Below, piece after piece: positions 1 to 9,313 of a stretch of DNA of 64,000 nt. Source of the stretch: Candidatus Omnitrophota bacterium. GTDB taxonomy: Bacteria; Omnitrophota; Gorgyraeia; Zapsychrales; Fredricksoniimonadaceae. Location: positions 79,422 through 143,421 of the forward strand of contig JAGWKL010000004.1 in the NCBI GenBank assembly GCA_028865345.1, in the 5' to 3' direction. Within the stretch, counting starts at the first letter, position 1, and the number at the start of each line of letters is the position of its first letter. The notes beneath the pieces were generated by a model that made no database searches, was not told the DNA's origin, and saw only the letters and a list, made by a program, of their open reading frames with translations. The position numbers and the translations under genes were made by a program.

Positions 1-130
1 CATCTGGCTCCCTCCTTTCTTACATTGGTTCTATCAAAAATTCCAGGCGGGCATGGTGGTACATTACCAAAATAAAAATTAAAATGAGATTAAACCAAAA
101 TTAATTCCGTACTCCCCCGGTACCGCAGGC

Positions 131-2314
131 TTGACTCACAATGTTTTTGCTATAAGATGTTCATCGATGAGATGGCCGGGTATGCCCAAATTAAGCAAAG
201 AAGCGTGGACGTTCATTGTACTGGCGACCGCCAGCGCTATCGTGCTTTTTAACTACGTCAATCTGGTCCCCCGCATCGGCAACAACTTTTTCTTTTCTAA
301 CAATGACCCCCAATTCCAAGACGAAAAAGAAATCTCCCATCTGTTTCATCGAAGGGATTCCCTGCTGGTCATCAACGCCTCCGGCCGCATCAGCTCTAAA
401 GCTTACATGCAGAAAATCCATGATTTGAGCACGTCTCTATCCAGAGTAGGGGGTGTTTCCGAGGTCAAAAGCATCGCCATGGGGCCGAGCAGCCTCGAGG
501 ACGCCCTTAAAGGCCCTCTATGGAGCCGCCTATTGATCGCCAAAGATCAAAAATCGACGAACATCATTATCTTTATTAATCCCGTTTATTCCCAAGCCAT
601 CATCCCTCCCATAAAAAAACTGGTCAGCCGATATTCTCAAAAAGGGTTCCGTCTGGTCATGTCAGGCCCTTCTTATATCGTAGATATGATCAGCCATAAT
701 CTGCTCAGAGACATCCGCGTCTTTACCGTTTTGGTCCTGGCCATCTTCGGCCTGGTCACTTTTTTCATCTTCCGTTCCTTCGGTATTCTTTTAGGGGCCG
801 TGGTCAGCTGTGTCAGTGCTTCCATGTGGACCCTGATGATCACCCATATGCTGCACATCACCATCGGCCTGTTGACGGCCAACCTGGCCACCATTGTCTT
901 TGTCATCACCCTGTCGCATATTATTTTCTTCACCTATAATTGGAAATACGTCCTATCCCTGGACGGCCCCCCGTCGCCCGTCGATGAGGCTATGCATCTG
1001 ACCTTTTCTCCCTCGTTTTGGAGCATGACGACGACAACACTCGGGTTTTTGAGCCTTCTTTTTGTCCCGGCCCAGCCTTTAAAGGAATTAGGCGCCGGCG
1101 GTGTTGTCGGTGCCTTGATGGCCATCAGCGTCGCTTACGGCGTTTATCCCGCCTTCCTGCGTTTGGTCCCTCCATCCATCTCGAAAAACAATGCTCTCGA
1201 CCGTTATCAGCAAAAAATGGAAAGGTCCCTTGAAAAAAGGAAGAACCAAACCGTCATAGGCATCTTTCTTTTGTTCTTCATTGCTTTGCCCGGGATATGG
1301 AGGGCCAATACCGATCCCAGCCTGTTTTCGTTCTTTGCCAAAAACACCTTGCTTAGAAAAAACCTGGTCTACATCGACCACCATGGAGGCAGCAGTCCTT
1401 TGATGCTGGTGGTCAGATCAGCTTCAGGCCAGAGACTTGATACCGACCGCGCTTACGACAAACTTTGGGGGCTGCAGAAGTCCCTGGAAAATTATGATCC
1501 GGTGGGAAGCGTCATTTCCCTGCCTGTACTGATGGCCCAGGCCAGAGAATCTTCTTTCCTGGCCAAGTTGCCGCCCTGGAGCGGTCTCTTGGACATCCTG
1601 CGTGCAAAACAATTCAACAACATTGCCAATAGTTTTATCACCACCGATGACAGTAAAGGTCTTTTTATATTAAGGATGAAGGAATCCGGACGAAAAATCC
1701 CAAGGCTCGAGGTGATCCATCGTATCAAAAAGATGGCCGTCGCCCACGGACTCATACCCGTGCTCGTCGGCGGGATCTATAGTTTACAAGGGCATTTGGC
1801 CAAGTTGGTTGCCTCCAGCATCATCTTCGGCCTGGGACAACTGATCCTCATCTTTTCCTTCATTGCGTGGATGGTGGCAAGATCATTGAAGATCGCGCTC
1901 GCCATAACTTTAAGCATTTGCATCATTCCGGTCATCGTCCTGGGAATGATAGGCTGGTTCGGCATTCCGGTGGATGTCATATCGGCCCCGGCCTGCAACA
2001 TCGCTCTGGGCTTGGGCATCGATTCCATGATCCATATGGTGAGGGCTTACCGGCGGCAAAAACACCCTGAACATAAAAATGCCGAAGCTTGGGACCGGAT
2101 CAGACATCGCTTTTGGCAGCCTGTACTGACCTTCACCTTGGTGATGGTCCTGGGCTTCGGTATTTTTATGTTCTCCGAATTCCCTTCGACCCAACGCTTC
2201 GGGGCAGCCGTTGTTTTCGGAACCCTCATCGCCGCCATGACCGCGCTGTTTATAATGCCGACTACAGCACAATTGCGAACCGGGATTTTCAAAAGGTCAT
2301 GGACCCGTTCTTAG
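131..2314 (+). CDS. RND-superfamily / MMPL-like exporter with two repeated 6-TM sterol-sensing-type halves
   Basis: 727-aa ORF with about 12 predicted TM helices in two blocks separated by a large soluble loop. Hydrophobic motifs typical of RND/MMPL permeases. True start may be an internal Met (MPKLSKEAW...) about 50 nt downstream. Confidence 0.6.
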   Translation: MTHNVFAIRCSSMRWPGMPKLSKEAWTFIVLATASAIVLFNYVNLVPRIGNNFFFSNNDPQFQDEKEISHLFHRRDSLLVINASGRISSKAYMQKIHDLSTSLSRVGGVSEVKSIAMGPSSLEDALKGPLWSRLLIAKDQKSTNIIIFINPVYSQAIIPPIKKLVSRYSQKGFRLVMSGPSYIVDMISHNLLRDIRVFTVLVLAIFGLVTFFIFRSFGILLGAVVSCVSASMWTLMITHMLHITIGLLTANLATIVFVITLSHIIFFTYNWKYVLSLDGPPSPVDEAMHLTFSPSFWSMTTTTLGFLSLLFVPAQPLKELGAGGVVGALMAISVAYGVYPAFLRLVPPSISKNNALDRYQQKMERSLEKRKNQTVIGIFLLFFIALPGIWRANTDPSLFSFFAKNTLLRKNLVYIDHHGGSSPLMLVVRSASGQRLDTDRAYDKLWGLQKSLENYDPVGSVISLPVLMAQARESSFLAKLPPWSGLLDILRAKQFNNIANSFITTDDSKGLFILRMKESGRKIPRLEVIHRIKKMAVAHGLIPVLVGGIYSLQGHLAKLVASSIIFGLGQLILIFSFIAWMVARSLKIALAITLSICIIPVIVLGMIGWFGIPVDVISAPACNIALGLGIDSMIHMVRAYRRQKHPEHKNAEAWDRIRHRFWQPVLTFTLVMVLGFGIFMFSEFPSTQRFGAAVVFGTLIAAMTALFIMPTTAQLRTGIFKRSWTRS

Positions 2315-2324
2315 CGGCTGACCG

Positions 2325-2738
2325 TCATCCCATCATTAGCTTTTTGACCACCAGTCCGATGGCGGCCAGTAACAACAGCCCGAACAACGTGCCTAATACA
2401 TAAATCATGGGGTCGTTGCCAAAAGAATTATTCACCACGGGATTGGATTGCACCGCCACGGTCGGAGGCGGGGCGACTACAATATATCCGCTCGGGCCTG
2501 CTTGATAATAATATCCGTCTGCATAATAATAAGGGACCCCTCTCACCTCAATGATTTCATACCTTGGAGGAAGAGATGACACATAGGCACCGACAGCCAA
2601 CCCGGTCACAAACCCGCCCAAACCCCACCAACCCGCACCTCTGTAATAATGGCCGTCTCTGAAGTGATAATGGCCCTCCCATCCCATCGCCGCTGTCGAT
2701 AGACCGCACATAAACATTCCCATGAGGACTATGATCAC
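2325..2738 (-). CDS. small Gly/Tyr-rich membrane protein with glycine-zipper motif (GxxxGxxxG) and C-terminal TM anchor
   Basis: 137-aa ORF with an N-terminal hydrophobic segment, a GAGWWGLGGFVTGLAVGAYV glycine zipper, a YYYADGYYYQ stretch and a C-terminal hydrophobic anchor. Convergent with the upstream + gene. Confidence 0.4.
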   Translation of the reverse strand: MIIVLMGMFMCGLSTAAMGWEGHYHFRDGHYYRGAGWWGLGGFVTGLAVGAYVSSLPPRYEIIEVRGVPYYYADGYYYQAGPSGYIVVAPPPTVAVQSNPVVNNSFGNDPMIYVLGTLFGLLLLAAIGLVVKKLMMG

Positions 2739-2952
2739 TATCTTCTTAATATCCCTCTCCCTGCGGCGTTTTCACGACCATCCCTCTAGTGACAAAATAT
2801 AATACACAAACCAATATAGCAGCATCCTCCACCCCTCCTTTACGCATATTGTTATCTGTATTATTTACCTCTATCTTAAAGACCACCAACGTTTTCAACC
2901 TGTCTAAACTAACAAATGGAGAATGAAAAGAAGATGAATTCAGAATTAAAAA

Positions 2953-3846
2953 TCAGCCGAGGCCGGAAAGCAATTCTTGATTGGTTGGAAATTGCTGCAG
3001 TTTTGCCACCAGAGCCTGGGCCGCTTCAACGGCCCCCATCCCGGCCAGAGCCCGGCGGAAGCTGTTGACCAGGGGCAGCTCACCGGCCCCCAGCAACAAC
3101 TCCTGTTTGCGCGTGGCGCTTTTGGCAATGTCAATGGCCGGAAAAATACGGTGATTGGCGATCTCGCGTGAAAGAACGATTTCCATGTTCCCCGTGCCCT
3201 TGAATTCCTCGAAAATGACCTGGTCCATGCGGCTGCCGGTCTCGATCAAAACCGTCGCCAGGATGGACAACGACCCTCCGTTTTCGATCTTGCGGGCGGA
3301 GCCGAAAATGCGGCGCGGCACCTCCAAGGCGCGCGCATCCACGCCGCCGGAAATGGTGCGGCCGCTGGAGCGCGTCTGCGCATTGTGCACGCGGGCCAGC
3401 CTCGTCAAAGAATCGATGACGATCATCACGTCCGCGCCTGCCGCCGCCTCAACAAAGGCCCGGCGCATCAATTGATCCGCTATTTCAATGTGATGTTCCT
3501 GGGCTTGATCGATGGATGAATAGTGGATTTCACCGGGTATGGTCCTCTTAAAATCCGTCACCTCTTCGGGCCTCTCATCGATAAGCAGGCAATAAAGTTT
3601 TATCCGGGGAGTGCCCCGGGCCACGGCCTGGCAGATGTGTTTCAGGAAGGTGGTTTTACCCGAACCCGGCGGCGCCACGATGAGCCCGCGCTGCCCCATG
3701 CCGATGGGACAGATCAGGTCCATGGCGCGCATGGTCAACTCCCGGCTGCCGTCTTCCAGGCGTATGCGCGGCGAAGGGTCGATGGGGGTACCGGACAAAA
3801 ATTTCTTTTCAGCTTCAGATCGCAAAGAGTTATAAGGCTTCATCAT
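2953..3846 (-). CDS. Rho-like RecA-fold ATPase: Rho termination factor C-terminal domain only, no N-terminal RNA-binding domain
   Basis: Rho-specific motifs are present: PIGMGQRGLIVAPPGSGKT (Walker A), LLIDERPEEV, DSLTRLARVHN, FPAIDIAKSATRKQELL. The ORF is 297 aa and aligns to E. coli Rho from about residue 120 onward. An in-frame TAA lies 2 codons upstream of the Met, and only about 140 nt separates it from the next gene. Confidence 0.75.
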   Translation of the reverse strand: MMKPYNSLRSEAEKKFLSGTPIDPSPRIRLEDGSRELTMRAMDLICPIGMGQRGLIVAPPGSGKTTFLKHICQAVARGTPRIKLYCLLIDERPEEVTDFKRTIPGEIHYSSIDQAQEHHIEIADQLMRRAFVEAAAGADVMIVIDSLTRLARVHNAQTRSSGRTISGGVDARALEVPRRIFGSARKIENGGSLSILATVLIETGSRMDQVIFEEFKGTGNMEIVLSREIANHRIFPAIDIAKSATRKQELLLGAGELPLVNSFRRALAGMGAVEAAQALVAKLQQFPTNQELLSGLG

Positions 3847-3864
3847 GAACCTTTATACCGTAAC

Positions 3865-3890
3865 AGCCGTCCTCGAAGGGCGGCTTTTTC
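3865..3890 (+). terminator. intrinsic-terminator-like hairpin (8-bp GC-rich stem, 5-nt loop, U-tract) on the + strand
   Basis: agccgtcc-tcgaa-gggcggct followed by ttttctatttt. No + strand gene ends here; the element lies in the leader just upstream of the minus-strand rho-like gene. Confidence 0.4.
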
Positions 3891-3995
3891 TATTTTATCC
3901 TCAACTGAATTGATTTAAAAAGCATTTCTCATTAATAAATCGATACTGAAGAAAGCTCCGCCACATACGGGGCTGGATGACTTTAGAAGCTGTCA

Positions 3996-4805
3996 TTATT
4001 CTGATGTTTGGGTAACAACTGCCGTCACATCTTTTTTTGTAAGGGCAAGATACATGACGCACACAAAAATAGAAGTCAAGAAAATCGCGCTGGTCACGAC
4101 CGTGCCCAAACCTAAGCCACCGTCACTGCGCGACTGTGAAAGATAGTCGCCGATGGAAGCCCCCAGGGGACGCGTCAAAATGTAGGCAAGCCAGAAAGCC
4201 AAGACCGCATTAGAACTCATGCGCTTATGTTCAGCGCCCAAATAAGCCTTAAAACCAAAGTGAACAACGGTTACAAATGCGATCAACGCGGCAAATATAA
4301 ACACCGATGTAAGATATCCCAAGTTAAATTTCTCAGCCGAGAGGTCGCCTGCCGCTGTACCAAGAGCGAATGTGAAAAGGATGGCAAGCCAGTAAAAAGC
4401 TTCCCGCCTTATGGTCACAATACTGTGCATGGATAATGTCCTCTCGATGGCAAACCAAACAGCAAAAGTAACCGCTAAAATAATGCTAAATACGATGGTG
4501 CTTGTCTCGAGAGGTACACCGAGCCTGTCCGTCAGGTTATCGGTTATTAATGTGCCGACGACGCTGATAAGCACCACCGCAAGCCAGTAAATCGACGGGA
4601 CATACCGCCTTGCCCTGAACTGAAAAAACAGCACAGCGATAAGCAACACGCTCATAATATAGCTTGTATTGATCAGTCCGAAATGCAGTGTCTCGTTGAG
4701 GTAATCGGCGGCAGTCTCCCCTACGGTCGTACACAAAATTTTAATGATCCAGAAATAAATCGTGACTTCAGGCACTTTATTGAGCATTTTTCGTCCATGA
4801 CTCAC
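3996..4805 (-). CDS. polytopic membrane protein with internal sequence duplication (uncharacterized membrane-anchored protein family)
   Basis: 269 aa with about 8 TM segments. Repeated motifs TVGETAADYLNETL, GTAAGDLSAEKFNLGYL and RPLGASIGDYLSQ. Its start overlaps the stop of the upstream RND::OMF gene by 4 nt. Confidence 0.5.
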   Translation of the reverse strand: MSHGRKMLNKVPEVTIYFWIIKILCTTVGETAADYLNETLHFGLINTSYIMSVLLIAVLFFQFRARRYVPSIYWLAVVLISVVGTLITDNLTDRLGVPLETSTIVFSIILAVTFAVWFAIERTLSMHSIVTIRREAFYWLAILFTFALGTAAGDLSAEKFNLGYLTSVFIFAALIAFVTVVHFGFKAYLGAEHKRMSSNAVLAFWLAYILTRPLGASIGDYLSQSRSDGGLGLGTVVTSAIFLTSIFVCVMYLALTKKDVTAVVTQTSE

Positions 4806-7800
4806 CCCGACACCTCCGTACTTGACTGTTTATAATGGTTCCAACCGCCTCCCAAAGCCTTGATCAGCTGTATTGTCCAAATAAACTTGGCATTTTTAAT
4901 CTCCGAGTACTTTAATTCCGCTTCCAAAGCCAAACGTTGGGCTTCCAAAACCCCCAAATAATTAATGACCCCTTGTTGGTAACTCTTGTTTGAAACCGCT
5001 AAATCTCCCTTGGCGGCCTCCATGATCCGCCCCTCTAAATCCTGTTGTTGATTATTTAAATGGATCTTCACCAGGGCGTCTTCGACTTCATGAAACGCAT
5101 CCAGGACCTTTTGCCGGTAATTGGCCACGGCCTGATCATATTTGGCCAAAACGCCGTTATAAGCGGATTTATAAACCTGATAATTCAGCGGAAAAGTTAT
5201 GTCCGGGCCGAACGAAGAAAACCTACTCCTCCAATCAAACAAAGAACGTAACTTGACGCTGGCGGTCCCGACTGAGCCAAGCAAGGTAACGACGGGAAAA
5301 AACGAAGCCTTGGCTTCACCGATCATGGCATTGGCCGCGGCCATCTGCCTTTCCGCCTCGGCGATGTCCGGACGGCGTTCCAAAAGCCCGGAAGGCATGC
5401 CCGGCGGTATAAACGGGGGCGAGGCGGTCAATGGACCGACGGAGAGGTCAAAATCAACCGGCGGTTTTCCGCATAAAATGGCCAGCGCATTTAAAAGTTC
5501 ATTTTCTTTCGAAACAACATCAATGACCGCCAATTGCGCCGACTTAAAGCCAATCGTCTGGCGCCTGACATCAAAAGATTTGATAATACCGGCCTTATAC
5601 TGCTCTTCCGTAATGGTCATCCCCTTTTTATCGACTTGTACGATTTTCTTCAGCAGGTTTTCTTCGTTCTTCAATTCCCTCAACAGGAAATAATCCCTGG
5701 CCACCTCGCTTGTCAGCGCCAATAAAACGGATTGAAAATCAGCTTCACTGGCTTGGGCCTGGTCTTGGGCCGCTTCTATAGATCGCCTGACCCTGCCCCA
5801 GAGGTCCAACTCATAACTGAACTCCAAAGGGATCGAATAAAAACCTTCGATATTATTAGCGCGCCCGAAGAATTTATTCTGGATGGTATCCAGGTTAGTA
5901 TAGCCGGGATCGAGTTCCAGATACGGAACAAGATTTGCTTGACTTAAACCCGCCGCGGCACGGGCCTGATTCACAGATTCAAAAGCCGCCTTTAAACCCT
6001 GGTTATGGAGCTTGGCCTGGTCCTCAAGATGGTCCAGTACGGGATCATGAAAAATCTTCCACCAAGGCCCTTTGGGCAAGGTGTCCTGGGGATTGGCTTT
6101 TTTCCAGGAAGCATCCGTGGTTTTCCATTTAACCGGCATTGTGACCTGTGGCCGATGGTATTTGGGGCCCATCAAGCAGCCATTGGCGGTTATCAAGACA
6201 CAGCATACAAGAACCAAGATTTTGGCGCCCGGTATTGCAGGCGGGGAAAGTTTTGATTTAAACCGGCCCAGTAAAATATACAAGGTAGGAATAACAAAAA
6301 GGGTCAGGAAGGTGCTGGTGATCATGCCGCCTATAACCGCAATCCCCAAAGGCCTGCGGCCCGCCCCGCCCATGCCGAAACCAATGGCAATCGGCATGGC
6401 CCCGGCGATGGTCGCCGTTACGGTCATCATGATCGGACGAAAGCGGATCAGGGCCGATCTATAGATGGCTTCCGGCACATTTTTACCTTTGGCGACCAAT
6501 TGATTCGCAAACTCCACCAATAAAATACCGTTTTTGGTGACCAGCCCCACCAGTAAAATCAGCCCGATCTCGCTGAACAAATTAATGCTCATGCCCGGAA
6601 TGCCGTAAAAATTAAACACCCATAAAAATCCAAAAGCACCGAAAACGGCCAAAGGCACGGTCAGAATAATGATAAAAGGGTCAATAAGATTCTCAAATTG
6701 CGAAGCCAGAACCATATAGACGATGAGGAGAGCAAAGCACAGGGTGAACATCATTTCCCGGTTGGACTGGATCAATTCCCTGGACTCCCCTGCCCACTCA
6801 TAACGGAAATCCGGCGGCAGATCTTTTTTAATCAACTGCTGCGCTTTCTGGATGGCCGTGCCCAAGGTCACATTCAAAGGAGAGCCCTCAATAATAGCAG
6901 ACCGCATACGGTTATAATGGGTGATGACGTTAGGGCCTGCCGTGATTTTATAGTTGGTCACATTGGACAGCGGGATCAGCTGCCCCTGATCATTCGGGAC
7001 ATAGATGCGGTCCAAGTCCATGGGGCTCAGCCGGTCGCGCTTTTCCAGCTGGGCAATGACCTTATACTGCCTGCCGGAGAGATTGACGGTACTTACGTCC
7101 ATGCCGCCAAAAAGCACCTGCAACGTACGGGCAATGGTTTCAGCGGAAACCCCTAAAGCGGCGGCGCGCTCGCGGTTGATCGTCAGATCTACCTGGGGTT
7201 TATTCAACTGAAATTCAGACCTCACGTCTTCCAGAAATCCTGCGGCCGACAATTGTCCGCTGATGCGCTGTGCATAGGTGTTGAGCCTGTTTAAATCCTC
7301 GTTTTCCAGGACCAATTGAAACGGCTGGGCCAGCGAATCTCCGATGGCCTGGGGGGTAAGGGGAAAAACGATCGCCCCCTCGATGTCCTGATATAATTTT
7401 AACGCCAGGCCTTTTTTACCCAGCAAGATGTCCCCGAGGTTGCGCTTGCGTTGCTCCTTCAGACGGACATAAGAAAGCCCCTGGGAACAGACGCCCGGCC
7501 CGTCGATGGGCAAAGCCACCGCGGTAAAATACCCTTGCACCTCGGGAATTTTTCTGATCATGCCTTCCATTTTCTTGACCATACGGTCGGTGTATGCGCA
7601 ACTCGAACCTTCCGGAGCAACGGCAATGCACAGAAACCTTCCCTTGTCCTCATCAGGCAAGAATTCATGCTCAAGGTTGAAATACAAAAGGACCGATAAA
7701 GCGATCACGCCCAACCCGATGACGATAATGAACAGCGGCCTCTTCAATGACCGGCGCAGCAAATCTTTATAAGAGGTTCTCAATCTGAAATATATCCGGT

Positions 7801-9313
7801 CAAACCAGGCATTGATCCAATGGCGGGAAGATTTCTCTCCTGACCTCAGAAAATGGGCCGAGAGCATGGGCGAAAGCGTCAAGGCCACAAATCCGGAAAT
7901 CAATACCGAACATGCAATCACGACGGCAAACTCAATAAACACCATTCCAGTCGTGCTGGTTTGGAACGCCAAAGGCAAAAAGATCACCGCCAGGACAAGG
8001 GTCGTGGAGATCACCGCAAACCCGATCTCCTTCATACCCAACACGGCTGCCCCCAAAGGTTTCATGCCTTGTTGAACATGCCGGTAAATGTTTTCCAAAA
8101 CAATGATGGAGTCATCCACCACCAGGCCTATGGCCAATACAAAGGCCAGCATCGTCACAATATTAATCGAATAGCCCATCCAATAAAGAATGGCAAAGGT
8201 AGCGATCAAACAAACGGGGATGGCGATCGAAGGAATGACCGTCAAACGCACGTTGTTCAAAAAGAAAAAAATGGTCAAAACCACCAGGACGATGGACAGC
8301 CCCAACGTGACCCAGACCTCATTGATGGAGCTCTCGACATAGGTGGACTCGTCATAGGGCACAGAAACCTTCACCCCCGCAGGCAGCCGCTTCTTCAAGC
8401 GCCGCAGCTCCTTTTTAACGGCTTCGGCCACCGCAATGGTATTGGCTTTGGACTGTTTGACGATCCCGAGGCCCACACAGGGCTTGGAATTATAGCGTGC
8501 AATGGAATGTTCATCTTCAACGCCGACCTGAGCATGCCCCACATCGCGCAAATAAACGGCCTTACCGCCTGCCTGTTTGACAACCAGATCATTGTATTGC
8601 CGGGGTGTTTTCAGCTGCCCCTGCGTCTGGATGGAAAACTCCCTCTGCGTCCCCTGAATATTGCCGCTGGGAAGTTCGACATTCTGGCTCCTTAAGGCCT
8701 CTTCGATGTCTGAAATTGTAACTCCCTTGGCCGCCATTTCCCCGGAATCCAACCAAAGGCGGATGGCAAAACGTTTCTCGCCGCCGAAGACAACAGCGCT
8801 GACACCGGGCAGGGATTCCAGAGGATCTTTTAACGTCTTCTCGGCAATGGAGGTCAGATCAAGGGTGGAAAATGAATCACTGTACAATGCGATCCATAAC
8901 ATGGGCTGCACATCCGCCCCTTGTTTTTCGATGGTCGGCCCCTGAATTTTTTCAGGCAAATCCCCACGGACCGAGGCCACACGGTCACGCACATCCTGAG
9001 CTGCTGTTTCGATGTTGCGCGAGGGTTCAAATTCAACCGTGATGATGCTGACCTGCTGGCGGTTTTGGCTGCTGATTTTACGGATACCTTCTATCGAATT
9101 GAGAGCCTCTTCGAGCGGATCCGTAATTTGGGTCTCGATGATCCCGGCGCCGGCACCCGGGTATACGGTCGTGACCTTGATAACCGTGGGAGTGACGTCG
9201 GGGAATTCACGGACGGCAAGCCGCGGCAGGTAAACCAACCCCATGAGGATCAGTCCCAAGCTTGCCATCGCGCACAGGACCGGGCGTCTTATGCTGATTT
9301 CCGATAATTTCAT
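4802..9313 (-). CDS. in-frame fusion: RND inner-membrane permease (AcrB/MdtB-like, about 1030 aa) plus NodT-family outer-membrane-factor lipoprotein (about 470 aa)
   Basis: The N-terminal about 1030 aa is a complete 12-TM RND permease ending ...IPTLYILLGRFKSK. Without a stop it continues into LSPPAIPGAKILVLVCCVLITANGC, a lipoprotein-type signal with lipobox Cys at about nt 6176-6178. The remainder is a full NodT/OMF domain ending ...LIKALGGGWNHYKQ. I translated the junction codon by codon and found no stop or ATG between the modules. Confidence 0.8.
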   Translation of the reverse strand: MKLSEISIRRPVLCAMASLGLILMGLVYLPRLAVREFPDVTPTVIKVTTVYPGAGAGIIETQITDPLEEALNSIEGIRKISSQNRQQVSIITVEFEPSRNIETAAQDVRDRVASVRGDLPEKIQGPTIEKQGADVQPMLWIALYSDSFSTLDLTSIAEKTLKDPLESLPGVSAVVFGGEKRFAIRLWLDSGEMAAKGVTISDIEEALRSQNVELPSGNIQGTQREFSIQTQGQLKTPRQYNDLVVKQAGGKAVYLRDVGHAQVGVEDEHSIARYNSKPCVGLGIVKQSKANTIAVAEAVKKELRRLKKRLPAGVKVSVPYDESTYVESSINEVWVTLGLSIVLVVLTIFFFLNNVRLTVIPSIAIPVCLIATFAILYWMGYSINIVTMLAFVLAIGLVVDDSIIVLENIYRHVQQGMKPLGAAVLGMKEIGFAVISTTLVLAVIFLPLAFQTSTTGMVFIEFAVVIACSVLISGFVALTLSPMLSAHFLRSGEKSSRHWINAWFDRIYFRLRTSYKDLLRRSLKRPLFIIVIGLGVIALSVLLYFNLEHEFLPDEDKGRFLCIAVAPEGSSCAYTDRMVKKMEGMIRKIPEVQGYFTAVALPIDGPGVCSQGLSYVRLKEQRKRNLGDILLGKKGLALKLYQDIEGAIVFPLTPQAIGDSLAQPFQLVLENEDLNRLNTYAQRISGQLSAAGFLEDVRSEFQLNKPQVDLTINRERAAALGVSAETIARTLQVLFGGMDVSTVNLSGRQYKVIAQLEKRDRLSPMDLDRIYVPNDQGQLIPLSNVTNYKITAGPNVITHYNRMRSAIIEGSPLNVTLGTAIQKAQQLIKKDLPPDFRYEWAGESRELIQSNREMMFTLCFALLIVYMVLASQFENLIDPFIIILTVPLAVFGAFGFLWVFNFYGIPGMSINLFSEIGLILLVGLVTKNGILLVEFANQLVAKGKNVPEAIYRSALIRFRPIMMTVTATIAGAMPIAIGFGMGGAGRRPLGIAVIGGMITSTFLTLFVIPTLYILLGRFKSKLSPPAIPGAKILVLVCCVLITANGCLMGPKYHRPQVTMPVKWKTTDASWKKANPQDTLPKGPWWKIFHDPVLDHLEDQAKLHNQGLKAAFESVNQARAAAGLSQANLVPYLELDPGYTNLDTIQNKFFGRANNIEGFYSIPLEFSYELDLWGRVRRSIEAAQDQAQASEADFQSVLLALTSEVARDYFLLRELKNEENLLKKIVQVDKKGMTITEEQYKAGIIKSFDVRRQTIGFKSAQLAVIDVVSKENELLNALAILCGKPPVDFDLSVGPLTASPPFIPPGMPSGLLERRPDIAEAERQMAAANAMIGEAKASFFPVVTLLGSVGTASVKLRSLFDWRSRFSSFGPDITFPLNYQVYKSAYNGVLAKYDQAVANYRQKVLDAFHEVEDALVKIHLNNQQQDLEGRIMEAAKGDLAVSNKSYQQGVINYLGVLEAQRLALEAELKYSEIKNAKFIWTIQLIKALGGGWNHYKQSSTEVSG

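Noticed and set aside
7853-8695. 280-aa + strand ORF rich in His/Arg/Gly/Gln, antisense to the RND::OMF gene
   Set aside because: Low-complexity composition and no recognisable motifs. It lies entirely opposite a gene with strong family signatures, so it is a typical shadow ORF.
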